Origin: Candidatus Woesearchaeota archaeon
Lineage (GTDB): Archaea > Nanobdellota > Nanobdellia > Pacearchaeales > GW2011-AR1
Direction: 5' to 3'
DNA: 49,247 nucleotides
NCBI GenBank assembly: GCA_964608525.1
Contig: CAZSNJ010000002.1
Span: 1-49,247, forward strand
A program made the translations under genes and the position numbers. Positions 1-9,643 of this stretch are shown here, one piece after another. Below the pieces are notes generated by a model, which searched no databases, was not told the origin of the DNA, and worked only from the letters and a program-made list of their open reading frames with translations. The stretch's first letter is position 1; each line of letters opens with the position of its first letter.

Positions 1-230
1 ATAAGAGAGTTAGGTATGGGAAATAGGTTTGGAATTATTTGAAAACTCAACACCCCAATCAGCTTTTTCCTGACGTTTAATCTCTGCAATTTCTTGTAAT
101 AAATTCATTTCTTTACTTGATAAAAGGCCTTTATTTTTCTTAAAATTTTTAAATTGACTCTCAGAAATATCTGAAATAATTCTCTCTCAATCTTAGAACC
201 TTTAGCCTTATTTTTTGACATTTTAATTAT

Positions 231-599
231 TTACCCAATCCAATTACCAACCAAAAAACTAACCCCCATAACAACTCCCCCTAATATTAATCCCCAAATA
301 GTTTTTTTCAAATCAGTTTTAAGATAATATGAACTTCCCAACATTCCTAAAAATACAAAAACTATAAAATTAGTATATAGATTATTTTCATAAAATAGAG
401 AAGTAAACAAACCTAAAACAGCTGCTCTAGAGATATAATAATCTATTTTACCTCTAACAAAAATTTCAATAATTAAAATCAATACTCCTGCAACAATCAA
501 ATGAGTTAGATAAGTATATCTTGTTGGAAGTATTAAAATTTTAATTAATACCAATACAAAAAACACCCAACTCCCTAAAGCCAAGAAATCTCTAGCCAA
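231..599 (-). CDS. hypothetical multi-pass membrane protein
   Basis: 122-aa ORF with ATG start and several hydrophobic segments (LGSWVFFVLVLIKILIL, LIVAGVLILIIEIFV, FIVFVFLGMLG, GLILGGVVMGVSFLV). No family motif recognised. Confidence 0.45.
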   Translation of the reverse strand: MARDFLALGSWVFFVLVLIKILILPTRYTYLTHLIVAGVLILIIEIFVRGKIDYYISRAAVLGLFTSLFYENNLYTNFIVFVFLGMLGSSYYLKTDLKKTIWGLILGGVVMGVSFLVGNWIG

Positions 600-703
600 T
601 TCTTTTTTTCAATCATTATATTCAGTCTTCATAATTTTATTTCCACTTCTTAACAAGATAAATAAAAGACTATATTTAAATATTTCATATTCTATTTCAT
701 TAT

Positions 704-1447
704 ATGAAAAAAAATAAGGGCATTAAAAAATCCAATTTAAATAAAATTTTAATTAATCTTGGAAAAGGAATTTTACTTATTTTTATATTATGGCTGATAA
801 ATGTTTTCATAGCATTTGTTATTTTTAAGCCAGTTGATGAACATACAAAAATAATAAATATTTCTTGGCTAATAACAGATATTGCAATTTATACTTTATT
901 TATAAAACTAAAACAAATAAATTGGCAGGTTAATCTATTCGCATTGCTTACAATACTTTTCCTAATAGGATTATATCTAGTACCTATTAACAATAATATA
1001 TCCCTAGAAGCTAGAGAAATAAATAATATAATAAGTAATAAAAATGATAATAAATATGATTATGCAAAAGAATTATTTTATGAAATAGAGAAAAATTGGG
1101 ACAGCCCGATAAGACAATATTTATTAGAACCTCATAAAATATTCTTCATTAGAGATTTTAATTATTTTTGGAATGTAAAAGGATATGTTGATAGCAAGAT
1201 TCAAGCACAGATTTATCAAAGATTATTGATAGATAGCAAAAGATTTGATGATAATGAAGTTATATTAAAACAAAAATGGTGTGTTAATTCTCCTCATGGA
1301 ATGATTATAATAAAACATTCAGAACAAGATATTTATGCAGATTTTTGGGCTGTAGATGGATTTCCAAGACCAGGAATTCCGGAAGAATATAATTTTGGAC
1401 AATATGCGGTTAAGCCTTGCAACAAATTAGAAGGAGTACCTTATTGA
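704..1447 (+). CDS. hypothetical membrane-anchored protein
   Basis: 247-aa ORF. The N-terminal half has about 3 TM segments (ILLIFILWLINVFIAFVIF, WLITDIAIYTLFI, LFALLTILFLIGLYLV) and the C-terminal half is soluble. No motif recognised. Confidence 0.45.
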   Translation: MKKNKGIKKSNLNKILINLGKGILLIFILWLINVFIAFVIFKPVDEHTKIINISWLITDIAIYTLFIKLKQINWQVNLFALLTILFLIGLYLVPINNNISLEAREINNIISNKNDNKYDYAKELFYEIEKNWDSPIRQYLLEPHKIFFIRDFNYFWNVKGYVDSKIQAQIYQRLLIDSKRFDDNEVILKQKWCVNSPHGMIIIKHSEQDIYADFWAVDGFPRPGIPEEYNFGQYAVKPCNKLEGVPY

Positions 1448-1456
1448 TTAATCATC

Positions 1457-2080
1457 TCACAAATCTCTCGCAAAAAGCGTCCTCCTTTGATTTGCCTTAA
1501 CTCTTGCAATAGCCTTCTTCAAATCCTCAACTTCCACATTAACAGAATCAATAGCATCAACTCCTGCCACTTTACCTACAAATCCTAAGAATCTAATCAC
1601 ATTCCCAGTTATCCCACCTCCTACATCCCCATCATCACTTTCCTCACCTTCACTAGGTTCATCCTGAGCTTCCTCTGTAGAACTACCAATATCTATACCT
1701 TCAATCTCTTCAAGCTCTTCAAGCTCTTCAATCTCTTCAATCTCTTCAATCTCTTCTTCCCCATCACCCCCAATTACCTCAGTTAATTCACCTTCCTCGC
1801 CATCACTCTCACTTTCTTGAGTATATTCTACAGAACTACCAACATCCTCTTCAGCACTATCACTCACCACACCATCACCAGACTCCCCTTCAATTTCTTC
1901 TGTAGAACTAATAGTATTCTCACTTTCCTCACTCTCACTACCTTCAACAATCTCCACTTCTTCACTCTCACCATCATCACTTACCTCTTCTTCCTCAGAT
2001 TCACTAGTCGTTCCTTCTGTAGAACTACTAATACTTTCACCTCCACTTGTACTACCTGACTCCCCCTCAACAACAGGCAA
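1457..2080 (-). CDS. hyper-acidic low-complexity (E/S/G/D-rich) protein, function unknown; no ATG start
   Basis: 207-codon open frame with no ATG anywhere. The ORF-track start is a TTG at 2078-2080, and the frame stays open upstream to 2113. Contains the EIEEIEEIEELEELEEIE repeat and a non-acidic C-terminal tail (GNVIRFLGFVGKVAGVDAIDSVNVEVEDLKKAIARVKANQRR). Lies in a patch of higher G+C. Confidence 0.35.
   Translation of the reverse strand: MPVVEGESGSTSGGESISSSTEGTTSESEEEEVSDDGESEEVEIVEGSESEESENTISSTEEIEGESGDGVVSDSAEEDVGSSVEYTQESESDGEEGELTEVIGGDGEEEIEEIEEIEELEELEEIEGIDIGSSTEEAQDEPSEGEESDDGDVGGGITGNVIRFLGFVGKVAGVDAIDSVNVEVEDLKKAIARVKANQRRTLFARDL
1701..1754 (-). repeat. six tandem in-frame 9-bp units (tcaatctct / tcaagctct)
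   Basis: Read directly: tcaatctct tcaagctct tcaagctct tcaatctct tcaatctct tcaatctct. Encodes the (E-I/L-E)n stretch of the acidic ORF. Confidence 0.9.
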
Positions 2081-2108
2081 TATTTCATCCTCAACTACAA
2101 TATCTCTC

Positions 2109-2606
2109 TCATCTTACTTTAACCTCCATCCTCCAACTATTACCCTTACCAACCTTCTTGCCACCTTCAACCTTAAGCTTCTTCTTAAACAACGGACAAT
2201 TAACAACAAATGTCTCTGCCTCTCCACCTTCAAAAGACAAATGGATCTTATATTTCTGACATATATCTTTCAGCCTCTTCAAATTTTTCTTATTAATCTC
2301 TAAACCTAACCAACTCTCATCAAGACCCTCAGCACTTACTCCAGTGATAATGATTTCAAACCCATTTTTCAGTAACTCATTCCAATATTCCTCAGGATCC
2401 TTCTGCCAAAGTGGATTAAAGCATTCAAGATCTAACCTATTACAAATTTTTTCAATCCTGCTAGCCTGATAAACACTCTCAACCGCACCACTAACAATCC
2501 CCTCAACCCCAAAATCCGCAACAGCTCTCTTAATAGCCTTCTCCAAATCAACCAACTCTTTCTCCTTAATCCCAACCGTTTTAACCACTACTAATGGAAC
2601 TCCCAT
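2109..2606 (-). pseudogene. 5'-truncated diphthine-ammonia ligase / MJ0570-family (Dph6-like) ATP pyrophosphatase fragment; PP-loop missing
   Basis: From the ATG at 2606 the product (MGVPLVVVKTVGIKEKE...GIVSGAVESVYQASRIEKICNRLDLECFNPLW...GVSAEGLDESWLG...SFEGGEAETFVVNCPLF) matches, from memory, the central and C-terminal parts of the MJ0570/Dph6 N-type ATP-PPase domain. The roughly 55-60 N-terminal residues with the SGGKDS PP-loop are absent. The 22 extra N-terminal codons in the ORF track are antisense to a + strand small ORF. Confidence 0.55.
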
Positions 2607-2831
2607 CAGCCCTTGCCACAGGAGCTTTATTAGGAATAGGTATTGGAAATTTAAAATTATTACCTTTAGCAATTCTTCCGGGATTAGCTAATTCATTTAT
2701 TTATAATCAATATAAAAATACAAAAAAAGAAGAATTAACACAACCTACTAAAAGAGTAGATTTTCAAATATAATTTATTCTTATAAAAGATAAGTAAAAC
2801 TTAAATAGGCATCACTTGAGAATTAATTATA

Positions 2832-4712
2832 ATGAAAGCATTAATTTTAGCAGGTGGACGAGGAACAAGATTAAAGGAATTTACAAAAGATAAAAATAAA
2901 AGTATGATTAAATTGTACGAAAAATCTTTAATAGAATATAATTTAGACCAAGCTGTAGAAATTGGTGTAAAGGAAATAATAATTGCTATTTGTTATCAAA
3001 AACAAGAAATTATTAAAAATATTGGAGAAAAATACAAAGGAATTAAAGTTACTTATGTGTATGTACCTGAAAAAAAAATAAAAGAGGGGTTAGTTACGGG
3101 AATAGAAGTATCTAAAAAAGCTATTGGAAAAAGTGATTTTATTTTAATGCTTGCTGACGAGATAATTGTTGATGCAAAAATTAAAGAAATGACTAAGAAA
3201 TTTAAAGAAGAAAATTTATTTGCAATTTGTGGAATTGTTAGTGAAAAAGATAAATATAGTATTGGAAAAACATATACTGCAATGCCTAATGAGAAAGGGC
3301 GTGTTTTTAGATTGATCGAAAAACCAAAAGTAAAAATAAATAATGTTAAAGGAACAGGCCACATAATCTTCAAAAATGAAATTTTAGATTATATTAAAAG
3401 AACTCCCATACATCCATTCAGAAATCAAAAAGAATTAGTTGATATGATCCAAGTTGCAATAGATGATAGCAGGAAAGTTTACATTTATCCTATTACAAAA
3501 AATTACATTAATATTAACACAAAAGAAGATTATAATTTAGCAAAAAAAAGTATTAAAGAAAATAATCCAAAAGTATTAATTATCCATAACCAAATGAAAT
3601 ATTATGGTGGTGCAGAATTATTAATTGTAGAACTCGCTAACTGGATGACTAAAATGGGAATTAAAAATGATATTTTAACACTTTCTAAATCAAAAAAAGT
3701 TGAAGATTTATTAATTGATACGGATATAATTATCCCTCCAAATAATATAGATTTAAGACCTCCTGGATATAAAGATATTAAAGATATTTTTAAAGCAATA
3801 AAAGTTTTTAGAAAAAAATTAAGAGAAATAAAAAATAATTATGATGTAATAAATTTTCATGATTTTCCTGTTACTTGGAGTTTATGGCCAAGAAAAAAAT
3901 CAAGTGTTTGGTTTATGAATCAACCCCCTAATTTATGGAGTAAACCTAATGCAGGATGGTTTTATAAGTTACTTAATAAAGTAAGAATCTGGTTTGATAG
4001 ATTTATTGTAAGACACGGAATAGATGAAGTATGTGTTTTAGACAGTTCATTTCATAAGCAAGCGTATGATAGATATGGTATTAATTCTAATATTGTTTAT
4101 TGTGGAGTTAATTATAATTTTTTCACTTATGGAAACCGAGAAAAAGCAATTAAAGAACATGGTTTGAAAGGGAAATTCGTTGTGATGTATTCTGGACAAA
4201 TTGCAGAAGGAAAAAATACTCTTGATTGTGTTAAAGCAATTGAAAAAATAAAAAATAAAATTCCGAATATTCTTTTAGTTTTAACTGGAAAAGATAATAT
4301 AGAATATAGAAAAAAAATAGATTTATATATTAAAGAAAAAAAACTTGAAAAATATGTTCAATTTATTGGTATGTTTAAAAAACGAGAAAGATTACAGGAT
4401 TTATATAAGGCAGCAAATATAGGTTTATTTCCAGTTGGAAAACAAGGAGGATGGATTGCCCCATTTGAGATGGTCTCAGCAGGAATTCCAACAATAATGT
4501 CAAGTGATATGGGAAGTTCTACTGTTGCTAAAGAACATAATTTATGTGTTGTTACAAAAGACTATAGTAATGCAATACTTGAAATTTATAATAAATATAA
4601 TAAATATAAAGAAAATACAAGAAAAGCAGCAATTTACATAAAAAATAATCTTTCATGGAAACAATATGCTGAAAGAATGATTTTAACTTTTAGAGGAGCT
4701 TGGAAGAAATAA
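2832..4712 (+). CDS. bifunctional sugar-1-phosphate nucleotidyltransferase / GT4-type glycosyltransferase fusion
   Basis: N-terminal MKALILAGGRGTRL (GxGTRL nucleotidyltransferase signature) over about 235 aa. The C-terminal ~390 aa is GT-B/GT4-like (IIHNQMKYYGGAELL, GLFPVGKQGGWIAPFEMVSAGIPTI). Confidence 0.8.
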   Translation: MKALILAGGRGTRLKEFTKDKNKSMIKLYEKSLIEYNLDQAVEIGVKEIIIAICYQKQEIIKNIGEKYKGIKVTYVYVPEKKIKEGLVTGIEVSKKAIGKSDFILMLADEIIVDAKIKEMTKKFKEENLFAICGIVSEKDKYSIGKTYTAMPNEKGRVFRLIEKPKVKINNVKGTGHIIFKNEILDYIKRTPIHPFRNQKELVDMIQVAIDDSRKVYIYPITKNYININTKEDYNLAKKSIKENNPKVLIIHNQMKYYGGAELLIVELANWMTKMGIKNDILTLSKSKKVEDLLIDTDIIIPPNNIDLRPPGYKDIKDIFKAIKVFRKKLREIKNNYDVINFHDFPVTWSLWPRKKSSVWFMNQPPNLWSKPNAGWFYKLLNKVRIWFDRFIVRHGIDEVCVLDSSFHKQAYDRYGINSNIVYCGVNYNFFTYGNREKAIKEHGLKGKFVVMYSGQIAEGKNTLDCVKAIEKIKNKIPNILLVLTGKDNIEYRKKIDLYIKEKKLEKYVQFIGMFKKRERLQDLYKAANIGLFPVGKQGGWIAPFEMVSAGIPTIMSSDMGSSTVAKEHNLCVVTKDYSNAILEIYNKYNKYKENTRKAAIYIKNNLSWKQYAERMILTFRGAWKK

Positions 4713-4714
4713 AT

Positions 4715-5461
4715 TTATTCTTTAAAGGCATATGACCCTAAGGTCTTAGTATTCATCTCTTGGATATAATGATCTGAAAAAACTAATTTAAGAGGTCCCA
4801 TATTAAAAGTTCCAAGTTCTTCATTTTTATTTGCATCAATATATTTTAGAACATCTTCTTTATTTTCTTGTCCTGTAAATCTTGTTAAATTAACTACTCT
4901 TAATTGGACTTTATGTTTTGAAAGTCCCCATTGAAAATCCATAGAAGGAACTTCTTTTCTTACTTTTTCTCCTAATCGTGATGTTAAATTAATCATTCTT
5001 TTATCATCATACCAAACTTGTGCAACAAGTCCATCTCCTCCAAAAACAACACCTTTTAATTCTGCTTGAAAAGTACTCTCTTTACTAATTTCTTCGTTTA
5101 ATATTTGCTTGTAAGCTTCTAGTTCTTTAGGACTTATTAACCATCTTTGTTGCCCATTTAAAGAAAAATCATTTATATTCTCTACAAGTTTATCAGAATA
5201 TTTATGACGATCTACTGTAAAATGAAGTATATTTTGAAAATAAAATTCAGGAAATCTTTCAAGAATTTCATTAGAAATTCCTACTAAAGAGTCAAATATG
5301 TTAAAGTGGGAATCAATTCTATCAATTAATGTAACACATTTTCTTTTCTCATTTTTAATATCTTCTAAAGAAATTACTCTATTTTTACCTTCAACATAAT
5401 TTTGTCTAAATTTTAAAGAAGCATCTTCATGTGCTTTTGTTTGTTCTCTTGACCATTTCAT
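4715..5461 (-). CDS. hypothetical protein
   Basis: 248-aa soluble ORF, convergent with the upstream gene (2-nt gap). No confident motif. Confidence 0.45.
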   Translation of the reverse strand: MKWSREQTKAHEDASLKFRQNYVEGKNRVISLEDIKNEKRKCVTLIDRIDSHFNIFDSLVGISNEILERFPEFYFQNILHFTVDRHKYSDKLVENINDFSLNGQQRWLISPKELEAYKQILNEEISKESTFQAELKGVVFGGDGLVAQVWYDDKRMINLTSRLGEKVRKEVPSMDFQWGLSKHKVQLRVVNLTRFTGQENKEDVLKYIDANKNEELGTFNMGPLKLVFSDHYIQEMNTKTLGSYAFKE

Positions 5462-5573
5462 AAAAACCTTTAAAAATCCAACCTTATAAGCTTTATGTTC
5501 CTCTAATAACTTTAAAATGTATATTCTATTAAACCTTAATTAAATATATAAACTGGTTATTTTAGAATAATTC

Positions 5574-6929
5574 ATGGCAAAATTAGTACTTGTAAATTCT
5601 GGAAGAGATTATGAATATGGAGTTCATGAACCTTTACACTTGCTAGTTCTTGCAGCATATGCAAAAAAACATGGCCATCAAGTTGCAATTGCAGACCAAA
5701 TAGCAGGTGAAGATATATTTAAAAAAATAAAAAAATTAAATCCAGATTATGTAGGAATAACTGGAACAACTGCTGTAATTAATGAAGCATATGAAATATC
5801 TGATTGGTGCAGGAAAAATGGATTTAAAACAATTCTTGGAGGAGTCCATGTTAGTGTTATGCCTGAGGAAGGTTTAGAACATGCAGATTATGTTGTTAAG
5901 GGAGAAGGGGAAGAAGCACTAATTAAAATTCTAAAAGGAACAAAAGAAAGAATAGTTACAGGAAACCCTATAACTGATTTAGATAAACTTCCAAAAATAA
6001 ATAGAGATTTAATAAATACTAAATATTATCAAAAAGGAAAAGATAGAAATCCAGGAACTCATTTGCATTTTGTCCCTCCAAATACAAAACTAAATTCAGT
6101 TTTATTTACTCGTGGTTGTCCATTTAATTGTATTTTTTGTCATAACAGTTGGAGAGGATTAAAAGTTAGATTTCATAGTGCGAAAAGAATGATAGAAGAA
6201 TTAAAAGAATTAGAAACAAAATATGGAACAGAAGCTGTATTTTTTATGGATGATGATTTATTATGTCATAAACAAAGAATTGTTGAATTTTGTGAATTGT
6301 TTATTAAAGAAAAGTTAAAAATTTTCTGGGGATGTCAGGCAAGAGTTTCAATGGTTAATAAAGATTTATTACAATTATTAAAAAAAGCTAATTGCAAACA
6401 AATTACCTTTGGATTAGAAGCAGGAAGTCAAAGAATATTAAGTATGTTAAAAAACGATACAACAACAATTGAACAAAATAAAAAAGCAATTAAAATGGTA
6501 AAGGATTCAGGAATTCTTGCTTGCGGCTCATTTATGATTGGAAGCCCTGGAGAAACTGAAGATGAAATAATGCAGACAAAAAAATTCATAATTGAAAATG
6601 ATTTAGATGGATTTGGAGCAACAGTTACAACTCCATTTCCTGGAACAAAATTATGGGAAATGTGTAAAGAAAAGAAAATTCTTCCTCCAAAAATAAACTG
6701 GAAAAATTTTAATTTGAATCAACTAACATTTGGTTTAACTGAAATTTCCCAAGAAAGAATGGAAAATATAAAAAAAGAATTTATAAATTTGGCATTAAAA
6801 AGAAATCCTGGAATGACTCCAAAAGATATGCTAAAAATATCTATAAAACATCCAAATAAAGCAATTACAAGAATTATTGAAAATCCTAAATCAATTATTA
6901 CAATTCTAAAACGATTAACAAATTTTTAA
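5574..6929 (+). CDS. radical SAM enzyme with N-terminal cobalamin-binding-type domain (class B / COG1032-like)
   Basis: N-domain motifs YVGITGTT, ILGGVHVS and KGEGEEALIKIL, then TRGCPFNCIFCHN (CX3CX2C at nt 6117-6140). Confidence 0.85.
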   Translation: MAKLVLVNSGRDYEYGVHEPLHLLVLAAYAKKHGHQVAIADQIAGEDIFKKIKKLNPDYVGITGTTAVINEAYEISDWCRKNGFKTILGGVHVSVMPEEGLEHADYVVKGEGEEALIKILKGTKERIVTGNPITDLDKLPKINRDLINTKYYQKGKDRNPGTHLHFVPPNTKLNSVLFTRGCPFNCIFCHNSWRGLKVRFHSAKRMIEELKELETKYGTEAVFFMDDDLLCHKQRIVEFCELFIKEKLKIFWGCQARVSMVNKDLLQLLKKANCKQITFGLEAGSQRILSMLKNDTTTIEQNKKAIKMVKDSGILACGSFMIGSPGETEDEIMQTKKFIIENDLDGFGATVTTPFPGTKLWEMCKEKKILPPKINWKNFNLNQLTFGLTEISQERMENIKKEFINLALKRNPGMTPKDMLKISIKHPNKAITRIIENPKSIITILKRLTNF

Positions 6930-6944
6930 GGATTAAAAAAATAT

Positions 6945-8048
6945 CTATCCTCGTCCAACATATACTGGACAATTAGCACATTCTTTTGGACATTTATTTT
7001 GCCTTATTTGTTTTCTTAAATTAACATATTTCTCTGAATACCAAATTTTTCTAAAAGGAGTTTTTAATGCATTGCCAAGTGAATTTTCATGCTGCCATGT
7101 TCTTTGATTGTTTTCATTTTGACCACAACAAGGAGTTACATTTCCTCCAACAAAAACAAATGGCATAATATACTGTTTACAATTAGTAATATCAGATTTC
7201 TCTTCTTCTGAACATTGATTAAAAGTTACAGGCAATCCTTTACTATGTGCATAATTAATTATTTTCTTTCTATAGGCTTCATCTACTTTTACCTGAAAAC
7301 CTTTCGCATGTTTAAATCCATGTAAAAGAGGTGTAATTAATACCTCGCCAACTTCAGTATTTAAACTTGCAATAAAATCAACAAATCCGAATAACTCATC
7401 TTTTGATTGTTTAGTTACAATAAAATGAAAGCTAAGAATTGGAAATCTTTTTTTCATTTGTTTTTTTAGTCTTACAAAAGTTTTTATGTTTTTAACAACA
7501 TTATCAAAATTAGATCCCTTACATATATATTCGGAGGTCTTTTTTGTCCCGCCATAAATAGAAACAAACTGAAAATCGGGTCCAATTTCAATTAATTCTT
7601 TAATTTGATTATCATCTCTAAAATTACCGAAATGATCAAATATTTCAATTATTGTTCCTCTTGATTTTATGTAAGCCATCATTTTATGATAATCTTTATT
7701 TAAATATCCTGAACCAATCCCTGTAAGACCAATCCATTTTGGTCTCCCAAAATCATCGAATACTTTTTTAAAATCAGAAAAGGACATACTCTCTGAAGGT
7801 TCCTTCCAATATGTTCTTTCACAAATTTTACATCTAAAATTACAAACAGTTGTTGGTTCTATTTCTAAAAATGGGGGAAATAAATCAATTCCAAATTTTG
7901 GAAAAAGTTTATTTAATAGAAAAGAACTCATCTTATGATTCCACCACAAAGGATATACCCAAAACATATTGTAAATTTCCCTAAATCTTCTAGCTTTAAT
8001 AAAATTAGAAAACAATTTCAATTTATGACTTAAGGACATCGATGGCAT
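6945..8048 (-). CDS. radical SAM enzyme with SPASM/twitch-like Cys-rich C-terminal domain
   Basis: EIEPTTVCNFRCKICE (CX3CX2C). C-terminal GGNVTPCCGQ ... CPKECANCPVY. Paralog of 11541..12602. Confidence 0.8.
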   Translation of the reverse strand: MPSMSLSHKLKLFSNFIKARRFREIYNMFWVYPLWWNHKMSSFLLNKLFPKFGIDLFPPFLEIEPTTVCNFRCKICERTYWKEPSESMSFSDFKKVFDDFGRPKWIGLTGIGSGYLNKDYHKMMAYIKSRGTIIEIFDHFGNFRDDNQIKELIEIGPDFQFVSIYGGTKKTSEYICKGSNFDNVVKNIKTFVRLKKQMKKRFPILSFHFIVTKQSKDELFGFVDFIASLNTEVGEVLITPLLHGFKHAKGFQVKVDEAYRKKIINYAHSKGLPVTFNQCSEEEKSDITNCKQYIMPFVFVGGNVTPCCGQNENNQRTWQHENSLGNALKTPFRKIWYSEKYVNLRKQIRQNKCPKECANCPVYVGRG

Positions 8049-8131
8049 ATAATTCTTAAAAAAATAGGGTTTATAAAAATGGTGTAAGAAAACTACAAAA
8101 CCTATTTAAATTCAAATATTCCAATTATTCA

Positions 8132-9643
8132 ATGAAGAAAATATTGTTTTTAAGAGCAAGTAGTGGATGGAAAGACCCTTCTCCTCCAATGGCTTTTAGC
8201 TATTTAGGTAAAATTGCAAAAGATAATGGTTTTGAAGTTTTAGTTGAAAATTTAAATGCTCAATATACTGCAAAAACTACTGAAGATATAATTAATTTAA
8301 TAAAAAAAGAAAAACCAACAATTGTTGGAATAAGTATATTTACTAATTACGCTATAGATTCATATGAATTATTAAGAAAAATAAGAAAATATTGTAAATT
8401 AATTATTGCAGGAGGTCCCCATGTTACTATCTATCCTGAAGAAGTTCTAGAAAAAGGAGCAAATATAGCTTTTATTGGAGAAGCAGAAAATTCATTTAAT
8501 GATTTTTTAAAAACAATTAATTCAAAAAAGAATTTAAGCAGTGTTAAGGGAATTATCTACAAAGATAATGGTAAAATTAAAAAAACAAAACCTCCAGAAG
8601 TTTATAATATAAATCAACTTCCTATCCCTGATAAAGAGGTTCATAGAAAAGAAGATTATATTAAAATAAAAGAAGAAATAGATAATTTTGGAGGAATATT
8701 ATCCAGCAGAGGATGTCCTGGGAAATGCACTTACTGTTACCATTCCTTATTTGGAAGAGCTTTTAGATATAGATCTACTGAAAAAATCTTTAAAGAAATT
8801 GAATATCTTTACAAAAATTATGGTATTAAACATATTAATTTTATAGATGATGCTTTTACAATTAATAAGCCAAGATTAATTGAATTATGTAATAAATTTA
8901 TTGATTCAAGATTACCTTTAGAATGGGTATGTGCAACCAGGATAGATTTCTTAGATAAAGAAATTATTTTGAAAATGAAAAAAGCAGGGTGCGTTATGAT
9001 AAGTCTTGGTGTTGAAAATTGTATTCCTGAAACATTAATAAAAATGAAAAAAACAGGAAACCCTAAATGGTATATAGAGCATGTTGGAAATATCTTAAAA
9101 TGGTGTAAGGAAGCAAAAATAAGAGTTGGAGTTAATATTCTTACTGGTTTTCCATGGGATAGTGTTAAAGATATTAAAAAATTACAGGCATATGTAAAAA
9201 GAATCAGTCCATATATTACTCAGGGTTTTTGTGGAGGAATTTTACAACCATTACCTAATACAGAAATTTATGATAAATATGCAAAAAAATATGGATTTGA
9301 AAAGTGGTGGTTATATAAAAAACCTTTATTTACAGAAAACTATCATCCATTTTTTATGCTCTATTATCATCCATTTTGGGAGCAATTAAATAATAATTTT
9401 TTTAATTTAGATAAAGGAGTTTTCAGAGAAATTGATAAACTTTATAGGATAATGGGAAAATGGAATTTAAGAATACTCGTTAAAAGACGTTTTAAAAATC
9501 CAATAATAAGGTCTATTTTATATAGCGGATTATTAATATCAAGCAATATTTCTCTTTTTCTATATAAAATTTCACCTAATTTAGAAAAAAAGATAATGAA
9601 AAATCTCTCTAATTTTAGTTATAAATTTAAATACAAAAAATAA
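8132..9643 (+). CDS. radical SAM enzyme with N-terminal cobalamin-binding-type domain (class B-like)
   Basis: IVGISIFT, IIAGGPHVT and IGEAENSF, then SSRGCPGKCTYCYH. The stop overlaps the next start (TAATG). Confidence 0.85.
   Translation: MKKILFLRASSGWKDPSPPMAFSYLGKIAKDNGFEVLVENLNAQYTAKTTEDIINLIKKEKPTIVGISIFTNYAIDSYELLRKIRKYCKLIIAGGPHVTIYPEEVLEKGANIAFIGEAENSFNDFLKTINSKKNLSSVKGIIYKDNGKIKKTKPPEVYNINQLPIPDKEVHRKEDYIKIKEEIDNFGGILSSRGCPGKCTYCYHSLFGRAFRYRSTEKIFKEIEYLYKNYGIKHINFIDDAFTINKPRLIELCNKFIDSRLPLEWVCATRIDFLDKEIILKMKKAGCVMISLGVENCIPETLIKMKKTGNPKWYIEHVGNILKWCKEAKIRVGVNILTGFPWDSVKDIKKLQAYVKRISPYITQGFCGGILQPLPNTEIYDKYAKKYGFEKWWLYKKPLFTENYHPFFMLYYHPFWEQLNNNFFNLDKGVFREIDKLYRIMGKWNLRILVKRRFKNPIIRSILYSGLLISSNISLFLYKISPNLEKKIMKNLSNFSYKFKYKK

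Noticed and set aside
10-221. A short minus-strand ORF starting MSKNKAKGSKIERELFQIF (105-221), reminiscent of the KGSxFEREL start of archaeal Hjc resolvase. A second frame continues to nt 10.
   Set aside because: Only about 15 residues resemble Hjc and the rest does not. Two frames are needed to make a protein, and it sits at the window edge, so the evidence is insufficient.
704-1447. A transglutaminase/cysteine-protease-like C-terminal domain (the WCVNSPHG region).
   Set aside because: The spacing and context of Cys, His and Asp do not match the family pattern I know.
2607-2672. The N-terminal 22 codons of ORF-track entry 2109-2672 (MLKVIILNFQYLFLIKLLWQGL).
   Set aside because: The A+T-rich extension is antisense to a + strand ORF, and homology to the Dph6 family starts only at the ATG at 2606.
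4715-5461. A possible 2H phosphoesterase, based on an HFTV (HxTx) motif.
   Set aside because: The required second HxT/Sx motif is absent (the corresponding region reads NLTR).
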